From Mizuhopecten yessoensis (Eukaryota), in assembly GCF_002113885.1 (NCBI RefSeq), contig NW_018408148.1, positions 243,508-307,507 on the forward strand: a stretch of DNA of 64,000 nucleotides. Reading direction: 5' to 3'. The first letter of the stretch is position 1; each line of letters begins with the position of its first letter. The notes beneath the pieces were generated by a model, which saw only the letters and a program-made list of their open reading frames with translations, searched no databases and was not told the origin of the DNA. The translations under genes were made by a program, and so were the position numbers. Below, piece by piece: positions 48,594 through 61,014 of the stretch.

Positions 48594-50572
48594 GTATGTC
48601 GACTTGGTTATGTAGATTTTAACATAGTGAAATTGATTTTGTTATTGTCAGTGGATAAAGCATGGGTTTAGAATATTGAAGTTAACAATGTTATAGTTCA
48701 AAGTTTCCATGTGAAAAATTATTTTAAGAAATTGTCTTGCATAATGTTTGTTTTGAGAACAGTTTACTTTATATCATAAAGTAGCATGTTTGTGCATAAA
48801 TTTAATTATTCTAACAATTTTAATGTCTTTAAATATTATATTTATCATTAGATATCGAAAAACTTTCAATTTGATGGGATTCAGTAAATGTCAGTATGAT
48901 ATACAAATTAAAGGTTATTGGGGGGGAAAGTTGACAAATTATGATGATATTTAATTGATATTGTTTATTACACATAACAACTACATACAGAGCTTAATAT
49001 AATACACGAGTTCATACAAAACATTACACCAAAGTTCAGAACTACATCACTTGAAACAGCATAATGCTCAGAGGACACAAAATCTGAAGCTACCTAAAAA
49101 ATAAAACAAATAAAATCAGTCTTTGACTTGAATTTCCTAACACATTTTAAAGCAGATACAGAAATAAAGATGTTCTTCAAGTCGAAATATATAAATACTC
49201 AGGATTGGAATTTGGAATTAAGTTATAGAAATAAAGAGCAGCTGTGGACTTGCCTGCAGTATTAATATTGTATTACAATATGTATCTAACAGCATGCAGG
49301 GGCCAAGCTATCGATTTGAGGTTCTACACAATTCTGGATCGGTATACAATATATATGTGCATGCATAGTCATAGTCATAATGGGTCTGAATAAAAAGTAG
49401 ACATTCCTTTAAGAATGGAATTTTATTTTTGTTCTTACAGAAGAAATAAGGTTCATATGGCTATGAACACAATAGGATCAGTGTCATTTTGATGTTTCTC
49501 TTCCCACTTTGTGTAGCCTTAGACCATCATAAGAAGCAAACATTTAGGTGATGTTGAGCTGTCCAAGAATATTGTCAGTATTTATGGTATAGATACTTTC
49601 TGCAAATGTTGAAACAAACTTACAAAACATATAAAGACAAATATTTGAACACAACTAGACAGAAATGTGTGTAGCAATCATCTATAAATAAGAGATGCAA
49701 TCAATACAATGACTAGTTTTTACAGTTGATAGATATATACAGATTCATGCTAATTTTGACACGGCTGCACTTAAACATTCATGCTGAAGGCAAGACGGTA
49801 AGGCTTGCATGTGGCCGATTTGGCGGTAAAACATTTTCACATACTTGAGGGCAGGTTTTAACACTTATGGGAGTGGTTAGCACACTATGGTTACACCACA
49901 GCTTCAAAGTTTCAACTTCTGTTATATAGATAGAAATGAGAAATAATCAAGAAAAAAACAAGTGGTTTATAAGTCTAATTCTTATAATGCATGTCGGGTA
50001 TTTTGTAGAAAACTTTTGAAAGCTGAAATAAAATTCATACTTCAAATTCGAACATCTGTTTATGTAAATTAGGAATATGGTCACCTGCACGATTGCACTC
50101 CGATTGGCACATCTGTTTAAAGAAAAAAATTGGATGTGAAAAAAAAAATGTATTAAAAATAATAATATAGATATATTCTAATAAGGTCTTTTAAAACATG
50201 CCTTAATCTGTCTTAAATCATTAAAAAGCAAAATTTAGAAAGAATATTTATGTTGAATTTTGATTAAAAGTTTGATTTTAACAAATTGAACAGTTTTTGC
50301 AGCATGGTTTATTTTAATGCATATGGAAGGTTTGTGTATGACATATTTATTTGCATGACTTTAAAATACAGAAGAACAACAAATTGAATATATATATTTG
50401 TTTTTCTTTTGTTATGTGATAAGAGGTTCACAGATCACAGTCATTGTAAGAAGTCGAAAGCTTAATCAAACTTTCTCATCAGAACAATATGTTATTTCGT
50501 AACTATCTTTATATTATCCTTAGCTTATAAGAACAGTGTAAGTAAATCTAGACGGGGTTGCTCACTGCGGTA

Positions 50573-50658
50573 ACTCGGATAGCTCAGTTGGCAGGGCAGT
50601 CGTCTAGAGTTCAGAGGTTCCAGGTTCGAATCCCAGTCTAATTTCCCATCCTATTACA
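50573..50658 (+). mobile_element. tRNA-derived SINE head / tRNA-like remnant
   Basis: A box tagctcagttgg and B box ggttcgaatccc; no good acceptor stem. Confidence 0.65.
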
Positions 50659-50963
50659 ACAGTACAATAAAGCCTCATTATAATGCCATTCATTTGATCT
50701 GTGATTTCATTTACTGCCAAGATATTTTTAGGACCCCTTTTCCTTCGCAATTCCATCCTATATCACTCTTGACATATTGCCAAATCCTTTTTAATGCCAA
50801 AGTTTTACACAAGAATTGTAATGGCAGTATAACAAGGTTTTACTGTGAAACAATAGTGATCGTCTGTGATCTGTGGGCTAATGGTGTGCCTGTGGGGACC
50901 TTGAACATGGTTGAGGTACTATTCTAATGGAATGCTCTTTTTTTCTTGCTTTTACATTTGCAG

Positions 50964-51788
50964 AAAAATCCACAGCTGAAATTCTCCATCCTCTTAACCT
51001 TGAAACCAAGAGTGATTTTCTCCAACCTATTAATCTCGAAACAGAGGCTGAAATTACCCAACCACAAAATTTCAAAACAGAAGCACAAATTATTGAGTCT
51101 TTGATAACTGAAACAAACGCTGATAATCTTCAATCTATAAACACTGATTTAGATAAAGAAAGTCTTCGGCCTGACCAAGTGGATGAAATTCTTCCATCTG
51201 AAACAGAGGCTGAAAGTTTTCAGACACATACCCTCGAAACAAATGTAGAAGTTCTCCGACCGTTTACCCCTGAAACAGTGAATCTTGAATCTATTAACTT
51301 TGAAATAGAGGCTGAAAACCCTGAGACTCTGAACATTATACATGAGACAGAAATTTGTAGTGTGGAGTCCATGGGGGATATACCCCACCCTCTAAATCTT
51401 GATCCAGATGAAGAAAGTTTTCAGTCTTCAACCCCCGAAACAGAAACTCTCCAATCTGTTAACTTTGCAACTGAGGCTGAAATTCCACATCTTCATACAA
51501 ATATGCAAGAAGTTCTAAGTGTTGAGTGTATGCCAGAAATTGTCAAACCTCTTAGTCTCGAACCAGAACCGGAAAGTTCTGAGACAGCTACTCTTGTATG
51601 TGAAGTGTCAACTGAAAATGTTTTGCCAACATGGTTGAAAGATGGACAACCACTTGGTTCATGTGACAAATACACTGTAGCCAGTGAAGACTGTGTTCAC
51701 AAACTGACTATCCATAATTTGGTAGAATCTGACAATGCAGAGTATAGTCTGATAATTGGCGAAGAAATAACGTCCATAAGTTTTGAAG
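50964..51788 (+). CDS. Candidate alternative 825-nt exon: ~11-aa acidic repeats plus a divergent Ig domain
   Basis: tgcag acceptor; weak gtcggt donor; phase 1-1; ORF 50927-51796. Confidence 0.75.
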
Positions 51789-52084
51789 GTCGGTAGCCGT
51801 GGCAACCATAGCCGATATATATTGTGATTTGCTGCTAGACTAGGTCAAAACAATAGTCTCCTAACTTACAACCTTCATAATCATCCTATTTCAAGTTAAA
51901 ATTTTATCATGGTTCCATCCCATAATATCAAAAGATTTGTCCATGCCATAATATCACTGAGTGTGTGAATTACACCCCATAATATTTCACATTTTGATGT
52001 GCAGTCCACCATTTTGTTTTTGCCCATACTAATCAGAGATTTCTATTTCTAATTAATGATCATAATCATCATCTGTACATATGC

Positions 52085-52197
52085 CCATATATGGAAATCC
52101 ATGATGATGATCATCATCTGTACAAATGACCATATATGGAAATCCATGATCATCATATGCCCTTATATGGGAAACTCAAATGTTGCCTTATAAATAG
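52085..52197. promoter_or_regulatory. Three CArG boxes plus a MEF2-type site
   Basis: CCATATATGG at 52085 and 52130, CCTTATATGG at 52161, TTATAAATAG at 52188. Confidence 0.45.
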
Positions 52198-52862
52198 AAT
52201 TCCTACCATAAGTTGAAACACTTTAATCATTATAAGTCCTCTTTAAAAGAGAGTTCCGTCCATAAAGTTCATCACATTCATTATAAACATTTCCATTAAC
52301 GTGGTCCATGCTTCATCACTTGTCCCAGCATCAAAACCACTTTTACCTCATTTAGTAAATAGATTTATAGAAGCACATATTCACTTTTATGGGTTAAATA
52401 CTGCTTAAGCACCAAACAACCTAGCACAGACCACAAAAAGAGCACAGATGTCGAACAAGACTGCAATTTAACAAACCGGTGCCAGTATAAATAAGCCAAA
52501 GGGAGAGTTTGTCTTGCCATAAATCAATAGTTGTCCCGAGAATAAAAATTGAAATCCAAATTAATTAATTCTGACTTCCGCCCTTTCTACATAAATTATA
52601 CAACAGCTACCTCAACTTGCAAATAATGAGTAAGTTTCACTCACAGTAAGGTTTAAAACTTCACTGTATCACAAGCTGATGCTGACGTAGGGTAATAATT
52701 TAATCACATCCGCCTTCCCCATCATTGTAAGTCACACTTTTATCTTTTTTCTTCTCGTATTGATTGACCTGTAGTATTGATTTGCATCTACATGAATCAA
52801 CATTGTAGTATCAAGTTCTACACAAAGAAGGGTGCTTAGTTAGAAAAGTCTTGATTTTATTA

Positions 52863-53163
52863 AGCTCCGTCCCAGTGATAGATCCACTCACCTATTGATA
52901 GCTCCTCCAATTTTATGATAGATCCACCCACCAAAGGATAGCTCCTCCAACTTTGTGATAGATCCACCCACCCACCTTAAGATAGCTCCTCCCACTTTGT
53001 GATATACACACCTGCATAATGATAGCTCCTCCCACTTTGTGATAGATCCACCCACCTAAAGATAGATCCTCCCACTTTGTGATAGACCCACCCACCCAAT
53101 GATAGCTCCTCCCACTTTGTGATAGACACACCCGCCTAAAGATAGCTCCTCCCACTTTGTGAT
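52863..53163. repeat. ~35-40-bp minisatellite (gatagctcctcccactttgtgatagatccacccacc)
   Basis: About 8 visible tandem copies. Confidence 0.9.
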
Positions 53164-53365
53164 TGCTACACTCTATTGTGAAAGCTGAACAGACATGAAG
53201 TCTAGTACTTGCACTTATAAGTACTTACACTTATTGCTAAATAGATGCTCCAATATGGAATACAGCGACATCTACACTAAATGAATCTACACTGGTCAGG
53301 CTTAATTGCACCTGTGATACGATTGACACTGAAATCTGCATGAGATCTCCATGGTTTGTTTCCAG

Positions 53366-53632
53366 ACATTCCAATCAGTCTGTCCTTGACCTTGAAGCGT
53401 TATTGTTGTCATGACGAGCATATGGCAACATTTATGTGCTCAACTTCAAAAGAGCAAATAAAGGTCACATGGTTCAAGGATGAATGTTTATTAACTCCCT
53501 CTCCGAAACACAACATTCGGGATGATGGGGACTTGCATGTTCTCACTATTCGTAATTTATGCATGAGCGACTACGGAAAATACCTTGTGGTTATTGGTCG
53601 AAAGAGGACATCTGAGGAAGGGCTTGCAAAAG
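53366..53632 (+). CDS. Divergent, basic, Cys-rich 267-nt Ig exon (IPISLSLTLKRYCCHDEH...EGLAK), candidate alternative exon
   Basis: tccag / gttggt; phase 1-1; resembles exon 48327. Confidence 0.7.
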
Positions 53633-54226
53633 GTTGGTTTTCATTAATGAATATTCATGCCTCTTTCGAGAGTTACTACATTGAATATTCATTTCTTCAA
53701 CTTTAATAATTCCTTAAAAATTACTTTGTTTGAATATATGGCAATTTTATCAATGAGAATATTGATTATTTGTTTTCTCGTTATAATTGAGATTTCTTAT
53801 TGTAATCGGAATTCTATTGTCCTGCTAAAATAATTGCATGATTTCTGAAACTTTATGTAACCATTGATCATTTTGTAACATTGATATGTACATAAAAAGC
53901 ATGTGTATCATGTTAATTGTATTTCAGGGTTCACAGCAAAATTTATTTCTGCTCAAAGCATGAAATTTTGCAGAAACTTTATAAAATTATTATTGATGTT
54001 TTCATTTCACAAGTTGTTTCAACTTTTATGGAAATAATTTTAAATTTTCTGATTAAAAGTGTTTAAATACATGCATTTTTATACTTAATTCATAAATCCA
54101 TATCCTGATCACAATCTGCTCTTTATGGTTATTCTGATTTTTATAATAATTATACAATTAGTGTTCTGCAACCTTGAACGAATTAACTTTGAGTTATTAT
54201 TAAATGAGAGTTATTCCCCTTTGCAG

Positions 54227-54493
54227 AACTCCCCATCAAGTTCATGGTGCCACTGGAGGAACAGACCTGTATGGAGGGCGAGAGTGTGACCTTCCTGTGT
54301 GAGGTCAGTAAAGAGGATGCACCAGCCAAGTGGTACTGTGACGGGGAGGAGCTTGTACCCTCTGACCGCATAGAGATGACCGCCAAGGGCAAAGTTCACG
54401 AACTGACCATCAAGGATGCGGTCCTGGATGATCGCGCAGAGTACACAATTAAGCTGGAAGATAAATCTAGCACTGCCCCATTGTTTGTAGAAG
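54227..54493 (+). CDS. 267-nt Ig exon (LPIKFMVPLEE...)
   Basis: tgcag / gtaagt. Confidence 0.9.
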
Positions 54494-54787
54494 GTAAGTC
54501 ATTAGTTTTAAACTTCCTGCTGTACTATTGATCTTTTCAAAGAGATCCCTTTTTGAGTTCTAGAAAAGGCAAGTATCGTGCATTCAAATTTCAAAATTAA
54601 TCTAGTTGATCATGTCATATCTGGCTGACTTATAACAAGGACCCATAGAACCTAATATCACAGGCCCCATGGACATTTATGGTTGATTCTGATATTTTGT
54701 TCTGGTCTTGAATTGAATCCCTTCTTCTTCTTTGTGTTTGGTGCCTGTTACAACTTGATAACCCTTCAATGTTACCCTGCGTTACAG

Positions 54788-55057
54788 AAGTCCCACTAAG
54801 GATCACAGTCCCTCTCAAAGACCGGTACGACTGCTCCGAGGGAGAGCCCATTACTATGGAATGTACGGTCAACAAGACTGGACTTCCTGCAATGTGGCTC
54901 AAGGATGGTGAACAGATTACGGTTGCCGATGGTTACGAAATCACCGTGGACGGAAACCGACACATCCTCACGATCCCGGTAGCTTACCTGGATCATGAGG
55001 CCGACTATAGCGTGATGATCGGCAGTCAAGTTTCATCTTCTGTACTGTATGTGGAAG
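54788..55057 (+). CDS. 270-nt Ig exon (VPLRITVPLKD...)
   Basis: tacag / gtacgt. Confidence 0.9.
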
Positions 55058-55481
55058 GTACGTCACCATGTCACAAGGCCAAGGACAATATTCCCTTAAA
55101 CAGATTCATATGGTGACATTTTATAGATAAATGGAAACATTGTTTGTTACAAAGAAGTACCATCATAAAAAAATAACAATACTTTGAAAAGAAATCTTTC
55201 TCCCCTTGATGATAAAGCATTTCTGGACATTTTGCATTATGAGTTGTCTCCCATTGTTTATGAAATTGTCTCCCTTGCACTTCTTAGTTGTCCAATTTAT
55301 ATTACTGAGTTGTCCCTAATTTGTTACTTTGTTGTCACCATTTTGTTACTACATCGTCCTATGTGCATTACTGAGTTGTCCCCCTTTTGTTACTTAGTTG
55401 ATATTTGTGTTACTGAGTTTCCCTTTTGTTACTGAGTTGTCCCCCTTGCATTCATCAGTCAATTTTTGTTGTCGTCTCCAG

Positions 55482-55751
55482 AGGTTGCGGCTGCGTTCAC
55501 ACACAGATTGACCGACTTAACCGGTATGGAAGGAGAAGATGTGGAACTCTCGGTCGAACTCAGCAAGCCAGACGTCAACGTGAGCTGGATGAAGAACAAG
55601 AAACCATTGACCGCCAGTGACCGCATTAAGATCCTGTGTAACCGTTACCGCCACGTCTTACAGATTCAGGAAGTCATTCCAGAGGACGAGGGCGAATACA
55701 CCATACAACTCAACGACAAATCGGAATCGTCAGCAATACTCACTATCAAAG
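55482..55751 (+). CDS. 270-nt Ig exon (VAAAFTHRLTD...)
   Basis: tccag / gtataa. Confidence 0.9.
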
Positions 55752-56347
55752 GTATAACAGGGGTAATAAAACGTGGGTGAGGGGTTAGGTGGTGGTGCGG
55801 GGGATAGGGGGGATGGAGGTGTCTTGTCCTCAAGATAGGGGTAAAATAATATAAAATGGATACTGCAAATCCTTAAAATGATTTCATCAGACGTATATTT
55901 TCTCACAGCAACAAGAATTGATCTAAAATTATAATACATGTATCTTGTGAAATATTTTTGAACTGTATGTACAAAAGGGGTCACATTTATATTTTGTTGT
56001 TCCTGTCATGAATTTGATCTTCACAAATCAATTATTTGAAGCGAATTTGCATTTTTTTTGTTAAATTTGGTGTTCACAAAAAATTTGGTGATTTAGTAGC
56101 TATCAAGTGTTTTAATGTAAATAGATGTGTCTCTCCATGACATTTTCGCTTATATTTCTTCTTTAAAATGCCGTCATTATGTGTTCAAAATAAATCATAT
56201 CAGTAGTTTATCATAATACAAACATCCCATGTTCTAACATAGAGATATCTGAAAACTTCTTATCCAAGCAACTTGATGGCACAAAATCTTTAAATGTATT
56301 GATGCAAATAACAAATAATTCACCTATGTGTTTTGTTGCATTGCCAG

Positions 56348-56614
56348 AACTTCCGCCAGCATTCAAGCGCCCACTTGAGGACGTGAAAGCGACGGAGAAG
56401 GATAACGTGAAACTCGAGTGTGAAGTCAACAAGGAGGAAATCCCTGTCAAGTGGTTCAAGGACGGAAAAGAAATTACGCCCACGAAACGCATGGAAATTA
56501 TTTCAAATGGCTGTGTACAGCAGCTGGTCATAGATGACGTCACCCTTGACGACATGGGCAAATACACCTGTATGTGTGGAGATGCCTCAACCGAGGCTGT
56601 CCTCTCTGTCGAAG
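56348..56614 (+). CDS. 267-nt Ig exon (LPPAFKRPLED...)
   Basis: gccag / gtcagt. Confidence 0.9.
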
Positions 56615-56972
56615 GTCAGTGTCATGTTATCATAGTAATGAACTGAGATAGAATCAAATATTTTCTGTTTGAAGAAAATTTCTGTCCGTATAAACTAAAA
56701 TTGGATGCTGGGAAATGTTCACTGCGGTTTAATTTTTCGCTGTAATGAGTGGAATTGATCATTACAGCGAAAAATTGTAAACAAATTTCCCGTTATACAG
56801 TGTAATGTTATGTTGATATGAATTCTTTATTATAAAATTACTTTTAACTGGTGTATGTAAAAAAGAAGGAAAAAGTAGTGGAACATGTCCTTGAAATGTA
56901 AAGATAAAGTGATCTCTTAGTATAAAAACTGAAGATGTTTAACTTCACATATCATCCCATCTCTTTTTTCAG

Positions 56973-57239
56973 AACTACCACTAGAGTTCCGTAAACTTCT
57001 GGAGGACCAGACATCGTTGGAGAAACTGACCGTGACCTTGGAGTGTGAACTTTCCAAACCTGACATCCCAGTCAAGTGGCTCAAAGACGGAGAAGAGATT
57101 TCTCCAACGGACAATATCACAATTGTAACAGATGGTTACCTACAACAACTCCTCTTTGCCGAGGTATCACTGGCAGACAGCGCCATCTACACCTGTGTGT
57201 GTGGTGACGTATCTACCAAGGCCACCCTCAAGATCGAAG
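56973..57239 (+). CDS. 267-nt Ig exon (LPLEFRKLLED...)
   Basis: ttcag / gtaagg. Confidence 0.9.
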
Positions 57240-57564
57240 GTAAGGTCAAATTCAAGGCCAAAGGTCATGTATAGTGTATTTTCATATCTTTAAATTCATA
57301 TCATCTCATACATTTTTTTCCCCAAAGATGATATTTTGATAAGCGTAAAGATCAGTAATTGGTAACAAGTTCAGGTGTTCTCATAAAATTTCAAGAAGAT
57401 TCTAACTTTGAGGGAAAAAAATCCATATGGAAAATAGTTAGTGCTTTCCCAGGTATCACATTTATAGAATTATCAACATTTTCATTAATTTCTAACAACA
57501 GCTCAAATATCATGAATTGTTCAGACATTACTTTAAACATCAGTGTTCCATTTCTGTATTACAG

Positions 57565-57831
57565 AAGAGGCCCCAAAATTCACCAAGCCTCTGGAAGACC
57601 AGAGCGTGACAGAGGAGGCGACACTCGTCCTGGAGTGTGCACTGAGTAAACCCAACTACAAGGTTCAGTGGTTTAAGGATGGAGAACAAATCAAGCCTAG
57701 CGACCGTGTCAGCATCACCACGGATGGCTGCACACAGCGCCTGGAGATCCTCGACGTCACGCTTGATGACAAGGCCAAGTACTCATGTGTCTGTGGCGAC
57801 GTTTCAACCGAAGCTACCGTCACAATTGAAG
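57565..57831 (+). CDS. 267-nt Ig exon (EAPKFTKPLED...)
   Basis: tacag / gtgcgc. Confidence 0.9.
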
Positions 57832-58035
57832 GTGCGCATGTGAAAATGTTGTCTTATACTGCAGTTACCTCTGAAATGTACAACTCTTCTTTAGATGAAA
57901 GGTTAATAAGTAAAAGTTCTTGACACAAAAACATATTCTTAGTGTCCAAAATATTCCGAAAAAAACCCTGTAATGTCCTTGCAAAATACTCAACTAGAGA
58001 CAATATGATTGATACTTATTTTGTTATATTTGTAG

Positions 58036-58302
58036 AAATCGTACTGGCATTCCGCAAACCTCTTGAAGAGCTTGAGGTTCTTGAAGGAACCACCGTGAAA
58101 CTGGAATGTGAGCTGAATAAGAAAAATATGCCCTCTAAGTGGTGTAAAGATGATGTGGAGATTGTGCCAAACGACCAGTTCTCTATCTCCGTCGACCAGT
58201 ACCAACATTCTCTCACGATTACCGACATCACTCTCGACGACGAGGCCGACTACAAGTGTAAAGTCAAAGACGTATCCACTTCAGCAACTGTCTTTGTAGA
58301 AG
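58036..58302 (+). CDS. 267-nt Ig exon (IVLAFRKPLEE...)
   Basis: tgtag / gtgagg. Confidence 0.9.
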
Positions 58303-58476
58303 GTGAGGTCATAATTCAAGGTCAGGTCAAATGTCAAGGTCATTTGATTGTTCTTTTATTTTCAAAATTTGTGCTCACCGTCATTACTTTTGTAAATGTT
58401 TTGTGTCGCAAATCATTGTTTCATTATTGTATGAATAATTTCTTCAAATTTGCATTCATTATTGCCATGGTTACAG

Positions 58477-58743
58477 AACTTCCTGTGGAGTTCCTCATCC
58501 CTCTGGCAGACATCACTGTCATGGAGAACGATGCCATCTGTCTCAACTGTGAAGTCAACAAACCAGATTACCCAGCCACGTGGCTGAAGGATGGCAAGGA
58601 AATCAAACCACGGGAAGGACTCAAGTTGATCCATGACAATGCATGCCATCGTATCATTATTGAGGCGGCTGAACTTGACGATGAGGCTGAATACAGTGTT
58701 GTCATCAATGAAGCCAAGTCACGTGCCATTGTCTTGGTCGAAG
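58477..58743 (+). CDS. 267-nt Ig exon (LPVEFLIPLAD...)
   Basis: tacag / gtttgt. Confidence 0.9.
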
Positions 58744-59067
58744 GTTTGTATCTTTTTCTTTTTTCTTTATATTTTAATTTTCTTAAAACAATCTCAGCTT
58801 TTGTGATCATGGTAACGAAGAAAGAATTGTTGGTATTGAAGTTGTCTTACACAAACAAATGGTAGAGCATAGAGATGATGCATGGATGAATGAGAAAGAA
58901 TTACAAAAGAAAAATATCACCTACATTGTGAAATGTAATCAAACCCAAAAACTAGGTTTTCAGGAAAATGTTAAAAAATAAATAAAAAATAGTGTGTTTA
59001 AAATATGAGGTTCACAAGACGTTTTCTGCTCCTGTCCACAAGTCAATAATTTTTCACACTTTCACAG

Positions 59068-59334
59068 AGGCCCCTGTCGAGTACCTGAAGCCCCTGAAGG
59101 ATACCCAAGTAACCGAGGGCGACAGCGTAACAATGGAGTGTGAGGTCAGTAAGTCGGATGAGGTTGCGAAATGGTACCTGGACGGCGAGGAGATTAAGGG
59201 TTCCGACCGCATAGAGCTGGTCGTCTATAGCAAAACCCACCAACTCATCATTCACGAAGCCAAGATCAGCGACGAAGGTTCAGTCTCCATCAAAATCGGC
59301 GACAAGAAATCCACAGCCAATCTGCTTGTTGATG
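59068..59334 (+). CDS. 267-nt Ig exon (APVEYLKPLKD...)
   Basis: cacag / gtaggt. Confidence 0.9.
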
Positions 59335-59619
59335 GTAGGTATTTAGTTGTATGTTACTCTGTAATGATGAGACTTTGTAAAAGAATGTCACAGAGTACAC
59401 TTGTAGCCTATAGTCACATTATCCTAATGTGTTCGTGTCATCTTAAGGATCCTTGTACCACTGCCAAAAACGGTAACCATGCTTTGGAAACTTTTTTTCC
59501 AGCATGACTATACCTTTGATAAATCTTTTCTGAAAAGAAAAGCATCCCTTACAGGACTTTTATGAGAAATATTAAAGATGAAGTAATCAAAATGTAATCA
59601 ACGAGAGTATTCTAAGGAG

Positions 59620-59706
59620 AAAAGTTCAGCAGGGCTCGACCGGGGTTCAGACATTGGACTTAAGGTTGTTATACTATCACTCTAACCTATTGAGATACCT
59701 GGTCAA
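59620..59706 (-). mobile_element. Degenerate tRNA-derived SINE head
   Basis: Minus strand reads gaccaggtatctcaataggttagag ... gtctgaaccccggtc, resembling A and B boxes. Confidence 0.35.
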
Positions 59707-60308
59707 GGGAAGTGATCTGGCCTAACTGTGCTACAGTTATATACAAACAGAAGTTAAAGCGAGGTTACTGTGTATACGATACACCACAGTGCAGTGGGAC
59801 AGGGATCCTTAAAATGCAGTATTCTGGTCCTTCTTGCAGTCACACGTGCACATGACATGGAATTCTCAGTGATTTTGAGCGTATGACAATGTTTTCCTAT
59901 GGTGTACAATGTCTTTTTCTGTATGATCTTCCCTGTTTGACCGGAATGACCTTGAACCATGTGTCACTTGTAACCGTATTGCAGTTTTTCTTCGTTTCCT
60001 GGCTTAAGACCTTTTTTGTACCATTTGACTACCCATGATGTACACTGTCAAATATCCCATGATGCAATTTGCCATCACACAGTACCAATTATGCAACACC
60101 TCATTTAATTATTACCTATAATGCCATACCCTATATAAATGCTCATTGTTCCCTGCCCCAAATAAACCCCAAAAGGCCCTGCTTTATTCAAATATATGTA
60201 ATGCACTTTAATTTATAAATACCCATAATGCACTTTCCTACTTGAGACCCAGAATTCCACATCCTGTCCTGTAGTTTCCTACTTTAGCCATAACTCTGCT
60301 TTCTGTAG

Positions 60309-60575
60309 AACTACCGGCTGAGCTGGTCCAGGAACTGCATGACTTGAAGGTGCCTGAGAGAGGTACGGCTGTGTTTGAGTGTGAAGTGTCGCGTCCCAAG
60401 GTCAAGGGCAAATGGTACAAAGATGACGAACCAATCACAATCAGTGATGGTTACGACATTCGGGTGGACGGCACCTGCCATCTTCTGTACCTCCAGCGTG
60501 TCTCGGGCGAAGACGTGGGCACATACAAATTTGCATTTGATGACACAGAAACTAGTGCAGTGTTATCGGTGAAAG
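60309..60575 (+). CDS. 267-nt Ig exon (LPAELVQELHD...)
   Basis: tgtag / gtacac. Confidence 0.9.
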
Positions 60576-60979
60576 GTACACTGTTGTATAGGGCACTGTT
60601 TATTGTAGTCGTAACCATAGTAACATAGATCGTAGCCATTACATTACCGTCTCTTCCAGTTGCCTTGTGGGCTCATTATTTTTTTAAACATTTGTCAGCA
60701 ATTTTTGCAACAGATTGTCACACATTTTACCTGAATTTTTTTTTTTTCATTGAATCCTTCCAGGAAAATTCTCAACAGTCTGATTTGGATCGATATTTTG
60801 AGGAAAAAAAATCCTTATTTACAAAAATGTTCATTTTGTGAAACTCCCAATTGAATATTTCTCAAGTAATTGCCATCAAACAAGTGGAAGAGAAAGTAGT
60901 TGTTCCCCTAGTTGATTCTTGAGTTGCTAAATCTCAATTGTATCTTTCTCATAGTGATATTTCTTCCCTCTTTCCACAG

Positions 60980-61014
60980 GTGTCTGCGCCTTTTCAAATG
61001 GGAAAATATGGTGA
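60980..61014 (+). CDS. Candidate alternative terminal exon (GVCAFSNGKIW*)
   Basis: Strong ttcttccctctttccacag acceptor; phase-1 frame reaches TGA; AATAAA near 61130 and 61228. Confidence 0.4.

Noticed and set aside
50573-50645. Functional tRNA gene
   Set aside because: A and B boxes present but acceptor and anticodon stems do not pair well; more likely a SINE head
57942-58865. 307-aa ORF with an apparent transmembrane segment between two Ig domains
   Set aside because: The hydrophobic part is a T-rich, stop-free 174-nt intron (58303-58476) with canonical GT-AG; retention is possible but unsupported
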